Notes: generated from the letters alone by a model not told the origin. Positions 1 to 12,411 are shown, counted from the first letter of the stretch. The stretch is 64,000 nucleotides of DNA from Mobula hypostoma (GCF_963921235.1 NC_086108.1:102984001-103048000); one strand, 5' to 3'. Translations and numbers: made by a program.

Positions 1-1222
1 TGCTGCCTGGCCTGCTGCGTTCACCAGCAACAGTACTCCAAGTGTGGCCTAACCAGAGCTTTATAGAGCTGCATCATTACATCGCAACTCTTAAACTCTA
101 TCCCTCAATTTATGAAAGCCAACACCCCATAAGCTTTCTTAACTACCCTATCTACCTGTGAGGCAACTTTCAGGGATCTGTGGACATGTACCCCGAGATC
201 CCTCTGCTCCTCCACACTACCAAGTATCCTGCCATTTACTTTGTACTCTGCCTGTTTACTGGGGTGTGGCCGCTGCGCGTGTTACAGATACTTGGAGCCA
301 CAGGTGAGAGCTGAGTGCCAGGTGGGGACCAAAGGTGGACGAGCTGCCCTTAAAAGGGCACGGCAGGCCCCCTCACCAGAGGTGCTACCTCTCCCTCTAC
401 ACCCCATACACCCCAATAGAACAAAGAAATACAATCAAATCAATGAAAAACTACACACAAAGACTGACAAACAACCAATGTACAAAAGAAGACAGACTGT
501 ACAAATATAAACAAATAAACATTGAGAACATGAGTTGTAGAGCCCTTTAAAGTGAGTCCATAGGTTGTGGCATCAGTTCAGTGTTGAGACGAGTAAAATT
601 ATTCACACTGATACAGGAATCTGATGGTTGATAAGCTTATTACATTAAAAAAGGGTCTTGAATGAGGTTTCCTGATCTTTAAAACCAAGGATTGAGGGCT
701 GGGGTTAGGCTGGAAGAAAGACCTGTTACAGTGTTGGGTTAAATAATTTTAATATGTACCATTATATTTATAGATTCAAAATCTTAACCTTCCTTTCTTA
801 AAGACCCTCTCTTTGTCAGTACTGGAATTAAGAGTGAAACCATTATTATTTTCCCTTATTTCACAGAGGAGCGTTTTTTATATGTATATTATGTAGGTAG
901 CCAGTACTGGAGTTATTTTCTCGGAAGAGCAAAAGTAGAATGACCACATTTATTGCAATGTAGATTGTTGAGTCCGGGCGCTGGGACCCCGCGGAGTCCC
1001 GAAGACTTCCGAGTCCGGCGGGTTGAGTCTGCAGCATAAAGCGTGGCGATGCTGTTAAAAGGGAGGGAGAGAGAGAGAGAGAGAAGGGGAACAGTGCGAA
1101 ATTTTCCGTAGGTCTGCTTCCCATCGCATCCAGTGCAACATTTGCAAATTGAGCGTGTGATTTTGTTTTCTAAGCCATCACTGCCGAAGAGCCAGGGGAT
1201 GCAGAGGTGCAGGTAGAGAGCG

Positions 1223-1258
1223 ATGGGATCGAAACCCAGGGGCAGAGGAACAGAATGA
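1223..1258 (+). promoter_or_regulatory. Upstream ORF (MGSKPRGRGTE*) whose stop overlaps the main ATG
   Basis: ATG at 1223; TGA at 1256-1258 overlaps the ATG at 1255-1257 (ATGA). A second short uORF, MQRCR*, lies at 1199-1216. Confidence 0.5.
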
Positions 1259-1269
1259 AGAAACTGGTG
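1255..1269 (+). CDS. ST6GALNAC5: ST6GALNAC5-like sialyltransferase, coding exon 1 (MKKLV)
   Basis: ATG AAG AAA CTG GTG followed by donor gtaatt at 1270. A 5-codon first exon like the MKTLM of mammalian ST6GALNAC5; joins exon 2 in phase 0. Confidence 0.8.
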
Positions 1270-1516
1270 GTAATTTCTATACATTGTGTACGGGGGGGGG
1301 GGGAAACTACTTTTTTGATTGCAAAATGCTCCTTTATTACGTTCATTGTCAGAATATAGCACGTCATTCGCTCAATGAAAATTAAACTTTTTAATGTAAA
1401 TGATTTAAACTACCTTTTGAAACTCTGCATGCTTTTAGGTGAAATATCAAACTGACTTTTGTGCTTGTAATTTTCCTGTTCTGTGTGTATGTGTGTGCGT
1501 GCACGCGTTTGCTTAG

Positions 1517-1705
1517 CGACATCTACTCGCAGTGTTTTTGGGGCTTTCCACGTGTGGGACCCTACTGGTGCTGTACGCGACGAGAGGCGAGCGGGGCGCG
1601 GACTCGAATCCACCCAGCAGCGCGGAGAGGAGGAACAGCGTGACACACGGGCTCCCGGAGCCGCTTCCAGCTTTAACTGGATACATCAATTTCATCGACC
1701 GTAAG
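1517..1705 (+). CDS. ST6GALNAC5: ST6GALNAC5-like coding exon 2 (type II transmembrane anchor and stem)
   Basis: Acceptor ttgcttag| at 1516. Encodes RHLLAVFLGLSTCGTLLVLY...LTGYINFIDRK, compared with recalled RHGLAVCLAL...LDGYLGVADHK. Donor AAG|gtaatg at 1706; 189 nt. Confidence 0.88.
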
Positions 1706-2274
1706 GTAATGAGGCGCTCGATTCCTGACACCCCGTGTCCGCCCGATTGCGGGGCTTAAACAGGACAGACTCGCGGGGTAGCAGGCGTGTGAGGGCTGAA
1801 GAGTTGCTCTGCTTTAAAGCGTAGGAGAGGCAAGTCGAGCAGATTCGGCCGAGACTGCGAACGCGGGTCTCGGTCCGAAACGTAGACTGCTTATTCCTCG
1901 CCATAGATGCTGCCTGACCTGCTGAGTTCCTCCAGCGTTGTGTGTGTGTGTTGCTCAAGACTGAGAACGGTTCGTAGATGAAGAGTCTTCCCGCCGGCGT
2001 GAGAAGCGGTAACCAGAGGGGCGCAGCCTGTAGCCGACAGCAAAACCCAAAAGGGAGGTTGAGAATATATTCTCACTGGACGATCAGGATGTTCACTCAG
2101 AAAGGTTGGCGGAAGCCAGTGTAACTTTAGATATAGAATTGGGCATAAAGTACAAAAATAAAATAATTTGCGAGTCTTTGGGACGCGGAGTAGAGAATAG
2201 AGGACTAGTAACGATTAAATGTTCTTCCTCTGATAGAGTAGGCAGGGGTGTGTTTAGGGGCAGCAGAACTGACC

Positions 2275-2850
2275 GCGTGGCCACTTTATTAGGTATACTG
2301 TACCTTAATGCAATATCTAATCAGCCGATCTCAATACATAAAAGCATGCAGACATGGTCAAGAAGTTCAATGTCCTGACGAAGGGTCTCAGTCTGAAACG
2401 TCGACTGCAACCTCTTCCTAGAGATGCTGCCTGGCCTGCTGCGTTCACCAGCAACTTTGATGTGTGTTGCTTGAATTTCCAGCATCTGCAGAATTCCTGT
2501 TGTTCAAGAAGTTCAATTGTTGTTCAGGCCAAACATCAGAATGGGGAAGAGTTGTGATCTAAGTGATTTTTTTGATCCTGGAATTATTGTTGGTGCCAGA
2601 CTGGGTGATTTGAGTACTGTATCTCAGAAACTGCTGACCACCTGCGATTTTCACACACAAGTCTGTAGAGTTTACAGAGAATAGTGCGGAAAACAAAAAA
2701 GAAAATCCAGTGAGCAAAAATTCTGTGGACAAAAATGCCTTGTTAATGAGAGAGGTCAGAAGAGAATGACCAAACTGGCTTAAACTGACAGGAGGGCGAC
2801 AGAGCTTAAGTAATCACATGTTACAACAATGGTACGCAGAAGAGCTTTTT
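2275..2850 (+). mobile_element. Tc1-like non-autonomous DNA transposon remnant, split by a pLTR insertion
   Basis: Starts gtggccactttattaggta, a Tc1-type end, followed by a decayed HTH-coding region. Related pieces at about 34550-34930, 37150-37245 and 54775-55170. Confidence 0.6.
2372..2503 (+). mobile_element. 132-bp Penelope pLTR-derived insertion with hammerhead motif
   Basis: Flanked by a 14-bp TSD tcaagaagttcaat (2358-2371 and 2504-2517). Begins GTC-CTGACGA-agggtctcagtct-GAAA-CGTC-GACTG. Confidence 0.75.
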
Positions 2851-4009
2851 TTAAAATTTAGCATGGAACAGATTCTTCCATTCCACAGAGCGGTGCTGCC
2901 CAGCAACCCACCGATTTAACCCTAGCCTAATCACAGGACAATTTAACCTACTAACCGGTATGTCTTTGGGCCGCGGGAGAAAAGTGGAGCACTGTACCAC
3001 TGCGGCAAAATAACAAATCAACTTTCATGACATGTGAGTGATGATGAACCTGATTCTGATATGGGTCTCTATGATCGACAGAGAGTGGAAGGGGGCAGGA
3101 AGACGGGGGGGTCATGTTGGAACAAAGGGAAGGGAGAGGGGAGGGAGCACCAGAGACGTTCTGTATTGGTCAGTAAACCAGTTGGAAAGAATTCGGAAGA
3201 TGTGCAGCTTAGGTGGTTAATGATTGGGTTGAGCTGTTCTCCTATCTCGGCAATTTATTTGCAAACGTTTCGTCACCATGCGAGGAGAGTCGTCAGTGCG
3301 CTGTCGATTGTGGTGTGTCCTCTGAATGACGTAAGGCGTGACGGGAGGTGTGGTGATTCCTGCTGTCCGTGGGGTCCTTGGCAGCGATTCACTGCATTGA
3401 GGGGACTCCCGGATCGTGGAGACACAAGAGACTGCCGATGCAGGAAGTTGGAACAATAAACTATTTGCTGGAGGGACAGCCTCGGTGAGGGGGAAAGGAT
3501 TTGTCGGTGTATCAATCCAAACTTCTGTACTGGGGTTCTGTCACTGTTTTGGGGAAGGTGGCATGCTTCACAGGAGTACCTATCAGGAGTCTCTGGGATT
3601 GATATCGCCTTCGTATGCTTCTCACAAGTATTTATCATGAGTCTGTGAGATTGGTAAAGCCTTCTGAGCCTTGGGAAAACAATATTTTCAGCTGTGCTAG
3701 GGGTGTGTTGGTTTTTACAAGAGGTTGTGCCAGCATTTCCTGCTGTTGTCATTGAGGGCTATTTGGACTAGACCAATATTTACTGTGGGCTTGAACGTAT
3801 GTGTCTGGAGGTTACGAGAACATCAGCAATTTCTTGAGTTCCAGTATAAGGCAATGTTTACAAAAGGCAGTCAGTCTGGGTCAATGTACGGGTATCCACA
3901 CTACGGACACCAATGAAAAGCATCAGTTTTATACAGCAATCTACAATCTGTTACTGAGGCTTGATTTTGCTTCTGTGTGATTGATTGATTTTCAGCTCTT
4001 CAACTACCA

Positions 4010-4600
4010 TGGTGTGATTTAGGACCATCAGACATATGAGCAGAATTAGGCCATTCGTTCCTTTGAGTTTGCTTCACTATTTCATCATGGCTGATTTATT
4101 ATCCCTCTCAACCCCATTCCCCTTCCTTCTTCCCTTAACGTTTTGACACCCTTACTAATCAAGAAACTATCAGCCTCCACTTTAAATATACTCAGTGATT
4201 TGTCCTCCACAGCCATCCATGGCAATGAATACCACAGACTCACCACCCTCTGGCCGAAAGAAATTCCTCCTCCTCTCTGTGCTAAAGGAATGTCCCTCTA
4301 TTCTGAGGCTGTGCCCTCTGGTTCTAGACTCAGCCACTGTAGGAAACATCCACTCTCTCTAGGCCTTTAAAATATTCAATAGGCTTCAGTGAGATTTCAC
4401 CCCCCCCCCCAGTTCCTTCTAAACTCCAGTGAGTACAGGCCCATAGCCATCAATCGCTCATCCTTCAGACATTAACCCTTTCATTCTAGTCAACTTCCTC
4501 TGGGCCCTCTCCCCTTAATGCATGTCCTTCCTTAGATAAGGGCCCCAAATCCTCTCACGATACTGAATTGGTGATCGAGAACGTCTAGTAACTTAACTCT
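4010..4600 (-). mobile_element. CR1 LINE 3' fragment
   Basis: Reverse complement of the CR1 RT C-terminus (FFxQRVV.LW) and 3' UTR. Confidence 0.7.
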
Positions 4601-5371
4601 TGTACTGCCACACTTGTTGCAATTAGCCAGTGCATCAAACTTCGGAGCTTAGAAATCACATGTAAAAGATGGAGCAAAGGAGGATGTGACTTGATAGAGA
4701 TGATAAGGGACATTGGTAAAGTGGACAGCCAATGCCTTTTCCCAGAGCAGCAATGACTAATACGAGGAGGTTTACGGTAATTGGAGGAAAGTATAGGCAG
4801 AAGGTCAGAGGTAGGATTTTTACACAGAGAGTGCTGTGTGCATGGAAAGCTCTGGCGGATGTGATAGAGGCAGATACATTTAGCAACATTTAAGAGACAC
4901 ATGGGTGAACGTAAAATGGAGGGCTACTTACTCCATCTGCCAAGCCTTGCCTTGTGGTTCAGCATTTGCTTGCAAGTGCAAGGCTCTCAAAAGAGGATTT
5001 TTATAGCTAGACCAAAGTAAAGACCCCAAATTAGATCAAAACATTAAGTGTTAATTTCCGGTTGGGCAGCTTAAGCCTGGCCTGTGTTCCCATGAGATAG
5101 GGTTCTCCAGGGCACAATCTAAATAAAGTGCTTTTAAGGGGTATGCAACAGAATTGTATTTTCAGTGGTGAGGAGCAGTGTGTTGAATACATCTTCCAAA
5201 ATCATACTTTCCAAAAAAAATTAGTTCTATCCATGAGGGAGGGAGAGTGTGTAAGAATGGGAGCCAGTTAATTCAAAAAGGAATTGAGAATGCAATTTTT
5301 CATAGATGTTGTGCTGGAAGTTTCATCTGCAGTTAAAGGCTCTGGGTTAAAGGTCAGTTGAAACTTTAAAG

Positions 5372-5451
5372 CAGGGGTTCCCAACCTTTTTTAGGCCATG
5401 AACTGCTACCATTAACTGAGGGGTCTGTGGACCCTAGGTTGGGAATCCCTG
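5372..5451. mobile_element. 80-bp hAT/Charlie-type MITE
   Basis: Inverted ends caggggttcccaacct / aggttgggaatccctg; perfect 8-bp TSD ctttaaag (5364-5371, 5452-5459). Confidence 0.85.
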
Positions 5452-6144
5452 CTTTAAAGGACATTTTCTCTCTTCTTTGGTCCATGGCACCCAGTGGAGC
5501 ATAGACCATTGATGACCTCCTGTCTCCATCGTCCAAAGTCGATGGTATGGTTGAAGTTCGTCAATGTTTCTGTAATCCTTTGTATCCACTATACAGGAGC
5601 TTGGCCTAAACAGCTTCCCCTGTTGGGTGATCTTGCCCGTTTCCACCTCCCACGATGGGGCATAGGGCTGGACTTGGTGAGGCCTTTAAAGGCAATGCCT
5701 TGACCAAGTTTTGTCAGGCAGATTTTATCAAGATTTGGAGCTAAAGTGAGATGCAGAGCTCAGATTAAGTTAGGGCTTTTCTCTTTGGATTGAAGGAGGT
5801 GAGATGATTAAAATGCATAGATAGAATGGGAGCCAAAGGCATTTTCCCATGGTGTAATGCCTATTGCAAAAGCGCATGCTTTAAGGAGCTTGGAGGAAAG
5901 TAACAGGAGGCGGGGGGGGTGGGGCGGCAGGGTGACAGAGGTAGATTTTTTTATACACAGAGTGGTAAGTGCATTAAATGCACTATTGGGGGTAGTGGTA
6001 GAGGCAGATACATTAGGGACATTTAAGGGACTTATGGATGAAAGAAAAATGGAGGGCTATGTGGGAGGGTAGTGTTGGATTGATCTTAGAGTGGGTTAAA
6101 AGGTCAGCATAACATTGTGGTTGAAGTGCCTGTACAGTGCTATA

Positions 6145-6628
6145 CGAGGGGTGATTGATAAGTTTGTGGCCTAAGGTAGAAGGAGTCAATTTTAGAAAAC
6201 CTGGCACATTTATTTTTCAACGTAGTCCCGTCCTACATTTACACACTTAGTCCAGCAGTCGTGGAGCATACGGATTCCTTCTTTGTAGAAGTTGTTCGCA
6301 GCTGTGGTGATTGATAAGTTCGTGGCCTTGGGTAGAAGGAGATGAGTTATACAGCTCTCGTTACATGCACGTGCAGTTCAACTCTTTCAGTGAAAATGCA
6401 GAAAGTTTGAAGTTAATAACTCATCTCCTTCTACCTTGGGCCACAAACTTATCAATCACCCCTGCTGTGGACCACTTTCTGCAGGTCCAAGACACTGACT
6501 TCTACAAAGAAGGGATCCGTATGCTCCATGACTGCTGGACTAAGTGTGTAAATGTAGGAAAAATACATGTGCTAGGTTTTGTAAAACTGACTTCTACCTT
6601 AGACCACAAACTTATCAATCACCCCTCG
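6145..6628. mobile_element. Palindromic mariner-derived MITE
   Basis: Inverted ends CGAGGGGTGATTGATAAGTTTGTGG, flanked by TA and TG. Arms carry a mariner transposase C-terminal remnant (FYKEGIRMLHDCWTKCV). Inner inverted pair at 6306-6350 / 6416-6460. Confidence 0.85.
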
Positions 6629-7389
6629 TGATGTTCTGTGAATCGTGGCTTTACATGTGAACATTGGAATTAAGAGCAGCAGTAGGCAATTCAGTCCTTT
6701 CGACTGCTCTTCCATTCATGAAGATTTTGCATTCAGTTCTTGTTGCTTCATCGTAGGAAAGATGTGGAGGCTTTGGTTCTGCCCCTGTTGAGTCTTCTAA
6801 ACACTTTGTGCATTTCAATGAAATCTCATTCTCTGTCATCTGAACTTGACAGATTACAAGCTTAATCTGCTCAATCACTCTTTTCCTGGCAAATTTGCCA
6901 TCCGGGAACTCGTCTAGTGAATCGTTTCTGCACACCCTTCGCAGAAGGTGAGTTCTTTTTTAGGTAAGACAACTAAACCTTCCCGTAGTACTCCAGATGT
7001 GCTCGTGCCATAGCTATTTTTTATTGCAGGGATACATCTTTATTCCTGTGTACAAATTCTCCCATAATAAACGTCAACATCCTGCTCTACCTGCATTATA
7101 AACTCCAGTGACTTGTGTACAAGGACACCAAGGTCAGTTTGAACATCACCAGTTCTCTATTTGTCACAGTTACAAGAAATACTCTGCCTTTCTTCATTTT
7201 CTTTACCAAAACAGATGATTTCATATTTTCCTACGTACTAAAGATGTTTAAAAATTAAAGATTAGCTTTATTTGTCACATATACATCAAAATGTACAGTG
7301 AAATGTGTCACATCAAATCAAATTAGTGAGGATTGTGCTGGGAGCAGCCTGCAAGCATCCAGTGTCAGCTTAGCATACCCACGACTCAT

Positions 7390-7870
7390 TAGACCATTAG
7401 ATATAGGGGCAGAATTAGGCCATTTGGCCCATCGAGTCTGCTCTACTGTTGCATCATGGCTGATTCAATTCCCTCTCAGCCCCAATCTCTTGCTTTCTCC
7501 CCATATCCTTTCATGTCCTGACTGATCAAGAATCTATCAATCTCTGCCTTAGAGATACCCAATGACTTGGCCTCTGTAGCCTCCTGTGGCAGGGAATTCC
7601 AAAGATTCACCACTCTCTGGATGAAGAAATTCCTCCTCATCCCTTTTCTAAATGGATATCCCTCTATTCTATGGCCGTGACCCACGGTCTTCGACTCACC
7701 CCACCATAGGAAATATCCTCTCCAAATCTAGTCTACGGAGGCCTTTCAATATTCAATAGGCTTCAGTGAGATCGTCCCTCATTCTTCTGAATTCCAGTGA
7801 GTACAGCCCCAAAGCCATCAAATGCTCCTCATGTGATAAGCCTTTCAATCCAGCAATCATTTACGTGAAC
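7390..7870 (-). mobile_element. CR1 LINE 3' fragment
   Basis: ORF 7476-7685 GHGHRIEGYPFRKGMRRNFFIQRVVNLWNSLP plus the CR1 3' UTR. Confidence 0.75.
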
Positions 7871-8002
7871 CCTAACTCATACATCTTTAGAATGTGGGAG
7901 GAAACCAGAGAATCCAAAAGAAATCCACGCAGTCATGGGGAGAGCATACAAACTCCTTACAGATCGCAGCGGGAATTGAACCTTGATCTTATAGCTGGTG
8001 CA

Positions 8003-8780
8003 GTAAGATACTTTATTGTCGCCAAACAATTGATACTAGAACGTACAATCATTATAGCGATACTTGATTCTGCGCTTCCTGCTCCCTGGAGTACAAATTG
8101 ATAGTAAATATTAAAAATTTAAGTTATAAATCATAAATAGAAAATAGAAAAATGGAAAGTAAGGTAGTGCAAAAAAACCAAGAGGCAGATCCGGATATTT
8201 GGAGGGGACGGCCCAGATCCGGGTCAGGATCCGTTCAGCAGTCTTATCACAGTTGGAAAGAAGCCGTTCCCAAATCTGGCCATACGAGTCTTCAAGCTCC
8301 TGAGCTTTCTCCCGGAGGGAAGAGGGACGGAAAGTGTGTTGGCTGGGTGGGTCGTGTCCTTGATTATCCTGGCAGCACTGCTCCGACAGCGTGCGGTGTA
8401 AAGCGAGTCCAAGGACGGAAGGTTGGTTTGTGTGGTGGGCTGCGCCGTGTTCACGATCTTCTGCAGCTTCTTCCGGTCTTGGACAGGACAACTTCCATAC
8501 CAGGTTGTGATGCACCCTAGAAGAATGCTTTCTACGGTGCATCTATAAAAATTAGTGAGGGTTTTAGGGGACAGGCAAAATTTCTTCAGTTTTCTCAGGA
8601 AGTAAAGGCGCTGGTGGGCCTTCTTGGCAGTGAACTCTGCTTGCTTGGACCAAGTCAGGTCATTTTTGATATTGAACCCGAGGAACTTAAAGCTTTTGAC
8701 CTGTTCCTGGTCCACTTGCGCACCACCGATGTAAATTGGGTCGTGCGGTCCACTACTCCTTCTGAAGTCAACAATCAACA
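8003..8780 (-). mobile_element. Rex1/Babar-type non-LTR retrotransposon, 3' portion
   Basis: ORF 8224-8784 with LIVDFR, FKFLG, KKAHQRLYFLRKLKK, ESILLGCITTWYG and LPSGR motifs. Inserted into a SINE. Confidence 0.8.
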
Positions 8781-8835
8781 ACAAAAAATGTTGTGCTGAC
8801 CTTTACTTGTTCCATCTGCCAAACCTTGCAAAGTG

Positions 8836-9061
8836 CTAAATAGCTGCTCTACCTGACTCTGCTTTGGACACTTTTAACTTGCACTGGACACTTATAACTT
8901 GATTTTAACTGACATGTGACTGTTGTGTTTTACTATTTATTGTTATGTTTATTATTTAGTGTTGCGTTTGTTACGTTATGATTGCATTGCTCCTGAGAAA
9001 CACTGTCTCATTCTGCCCTGCAGAGCTGATGTATGGTTAGAACGACAATAAAGTTTTTTTG
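8836..9061 (+). mobile_element. Short retroposed 3'-end insertion
   Basis: 6-bp TSD aaagtg (8830-8835, 9062-9067); ends caataaagtttt. Absent from the related copy at about 4950. Confidence 0.6.
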
Positions 9062-10079
9062 AAAGTGGTTTTGCAGTTGCTTGCAAGAACAAGGCTCTAA
9101 GAGAAGATTTTTGCAGTTAGTCCAAAGGAAGTTCCCTAAATTAGATCAACGTTAAGTGTTAAGTTAAAGTTGGACATTTTAAGCCTGGCCTGTGTTCCCA
9201 AGATTTACAGTGCTCTAGGGCACAATCTAGATAAAGTGTTTTAAAGGGTATGAGGGTTAAATGCAACAGAATTATATTCAGTGGTGGGGAACAAAGCTGC
9301 TTAAAATATGTGGAATACATCTTCCAAATCATCTTTTAAAAATAATTTGAGAGAGAGGAAGTCTAAGAATTAGAGCTAGTTAATTTAGAAAGGCTAAATT
9401 TGAGACTCTGCAGATGCGGGGGAAATTGGTTTTCGTTACAGTTGCACCATAAATAATTAAATAGTAATAAAACCATAAATAGTTAAATAATGATATGTAA
9501 ATCATGCCAGGAAATAAGTCCAGGACCAGCCTATTGGCTCAGGATGTCTGACCCTCCAAGGGAGGAGTTGGAAAGTTTGATGGCCACAGGCAGGAATGAC
9601 TTCCTATGACGCTCTGTGTTGCATCTCGGTGGAATGAGTCTCTGGCTGAATGTACTCCTGTGCCCACCCAGTACATTATGTAGTGGATGGGAGACATTGT
9701 CCAAGATGGCATGCAACTTGGACAGCATCCTCTTTTCAGACACCACCGTCAGAGAGTCCAGTTCCATCCCCACAACATCACTGGCCTTACGAATGAGGTT
9801 TAAGGCCGAGTCCCTTTATCAGTCATATCATCTTGCATTTACTTGCCTGGGCTAGTCTGACAGCACTTCCCAAAGCTAACACTTCGACCGCCGAGAAGGA
9901 GCAAATTATAACACCACCAGTGGCCGGTTCCTCAACAAGATGTGCATGATTCTGACTGGAAACATGTCATTTTAAAAAAAAGTCCTGCGGCTCCCTCAAC
10001 AATACAGCAGGCCTTACTCAGAAGGGCTGTAGTAGTGCGATTAAGTGGCTAACCGCTAACAACTTATCAGGACTGGCGG

Positions 10080-10900
10080 AGGGTTTTGGGCAGAGGCCCT
10101 TGCTCAGGACTGATGAAGGAACTTGGCCTGAAAACTTTCACTAGTCCTGATGAAAGGTCTCAGCCGAAGTGTCGACTGTTTACTCACCCTCCACAGATGC
10201 TGCCTGACTTACTGAGTTCTTCCAGCATTCTGTGTGTGTTTTGCTCAAGATTTCCAGCATCTGCAGAATTGCTTGCGTTTACAGGATATGGAGATGGAGA
10301 TGCGTGGAAAGGGTTGTGGAACACAGATTGCACATTTAGGTTTATAAGTTGAAACGGTCCAAAGAAAGGTGGACAGAAGAGATTCGGCAGATGCTGGAAA
10401 CCTAGAGTAACGCACGCACAAAATGGTGGAGGAGCTCAGCAGGTCAGGCAGCATCTACAGAGAGGAATAAACAGTCAAAGTTTCAGGCCGGCCTTCACCC
10501 TTCGTCAGGACTGTAAAGGAAGGGGAAGAAGGTGGGGAGAGGGAAGGAGTTTATCCTGGCAGTTGATCGGTGAGTCCAGGTGAGGGGGATGAAGTAAGAA
10601 GCTGGGAGGGGGGTAGTGGAAGACGTAAGGGGCTGAAGAAGAAGGAATCTGATAGGAGAGGACAGTGGACCATGGAAGCAAAGCTTCGGAGAGCTCCAGA
10701 AATCACAAAGGGGGAGCAATGAGAGAGGCTCTCACTGAACTGTCAAAGAGAGAATTTAAACTTCTTCAGGATAGACCATACCTTGAAGGGACTTTGCAGT
10801 GGAGCAGTAAATTGTAATTACAAGAGATTCTGCGAATCTGGAAATCCAGAGTAACACACACAAAATGGTGGAGGAACTCAGCGTGTCAGGCAGCATCTCC
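10080..10900. mobile_element. Cluster of Penelope pLTR-derived repeats in both orientations
   Basis: CTGATGA cores at 10110 and 10147 on +; minus-strand pLTR copies at about 10375-10680 and 10820-10900. Confidence 0.65.
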
Positions 10901-11804
10901 TCAGCTTTGGACTCTGTACGTGTTATGAAAGACTGATCACCCTTCTGGAAAGCAGTGCTGATTAGCGCAGTCCTTTACAGGCTGCAGCTGTAAGACTGGG
11001 TTCAGTTCCCTCCACTGTTTGTACATTCTCCCCATAACCATATCGGCTTCCTGTGGCTGCTCCAGTTTCCTCCCACATTCCAAAGACTTACAGTTAGGGT
11101 TAATGAGTTATGGGCCTCTTTCACTAATCAGCTTCCCAGCTGTTTAGTTCACTGCCTCCACCCCTCCTGGTTTCACCCATCACTTTGTAATTTTTCCCTC
11201 CCCCCCCCCACCTTCTTAGTCAGGCTCCTTCCCCCTTCCTTTCCAGTCCTGATGAAGGGTCTCGGCCTGAAATGTCAACTGTTTACTCTTTTCCATAGAT
11301 GCTGCCTGGCCTGCTGAATTCCTCCAGCATTTTGTGTGTGTCACTGTAGTTTTTGTATATTGTGAGAGGATGCTGGACCAAACCAAACAGTAATGGCTGA
11401 TGTGAAGATGTTTTCTATGATGGCAGTTGTAGAATTGCACCAGTACGTTCTGGGGATGATAAATTTTACCAACTGCCTTGAGAAGTACATCCTCTGCCAA
11501 ACCTTTTTTGTTAATGAAGGAGATATGGTTCTCCCACATGATTTACTGCGACATTTATGATGCCCGGGAGCCTGAATGTTGAAATTGTTCTAACTGTAGA
11601 GTTGTTGATGATGAGGAGAGAGAGGAGGCATTTCCCCTGCTCGATATGCATCTCCACAATTCTGAGGCCAGTTGGCCCATCGAATCTATTCCATCATGAC
11701 TGATTTATTATCCCCCTCAATCTGATTTTCCTGCCTTCTCCCCATAACCCTTGATGCCCTTACTAGTCAAGAAGCTATCAACCTCCACTTTCAATATACT
11801 CAAT

Positions 11805-12411
11805 TGTCGTACTCAATTGGACCCGATGCAATAGCAATTGTACCACAAATACACTGGCACACGTAATTCTTTTCAAACCTTTATTCTCTACTCATAGCAT
11901 GCAATGGGGAAGTTACAGACTGATCTCCCAAAAGAGCCAGTCCAGAAACTGCCCCTGAATTACACAGTTCTCCACAATTTATAACATTGATCAGGTAGCA
12001 GGAAATCTTACGATTACAAGTTTAGACAATATTAGAATCATTTCATTCACATGCTAAGATACAATTAGGTGTAAGATAATCATTGGTCGGTTAGTTATAA
12101 TTATTTTAAGCTAAAGCTAGCCCATCAGTTCCTCACTCGGACCCTTCCCCTTTTCTCCAGAACGTTCTAGCCGTTACCTCATCCCTCCCATATTTAGCTA
12201 TACCTTGAGCTGCTTCTGCAAGATCAGGTAGTTCCTTATTTGAGCCTTTGCCTATCTTTAGAGAACAATGACTAGTATGTCACCAGTTGTTGGGTAAAGC
12301 TTCTTTCTGACTGTCCAAAACAGTAAGCTAAGGCGCCCATAAGGTGATTGATCATTAATTAATCATTGTCCTCTGTTTTTCCCCCTATTTACCTATCCCT
12401 TCATCCCATCA
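11805..12411 (-). mobile_element. Solo LTR (ERV- or Gypsy-type), 607 bp
   Basis: TG...CA ends; 4-bp TSD CAAT (11801-11804, 12412-12415) splitting the CR1 sequence ctcaat|gactt. TATAAA at about 11983 and AATAAA at 11880-11885 on the minus strand. Confidence 0.8.

Larger units (their letters stand above)
960..2060. promoter_or_regulatory. CpG-rich promoter / 5' region of the ST6GALNAC5-like gene
   Basis: Dense CpG at about 970-1200 and 1490-2050 against a CpG-poor background; (GA)n tract at 1064-1084; surrounds coding exons 1-2. Transcription start not determined. Confidence 0.6.

Noticed and set aside
3034..3752. ORFs of 141 and 159 aa in a mildly CpG-rich stretch
   Set aside because: No recognisable domain or splice structure; partly repeat-derived.
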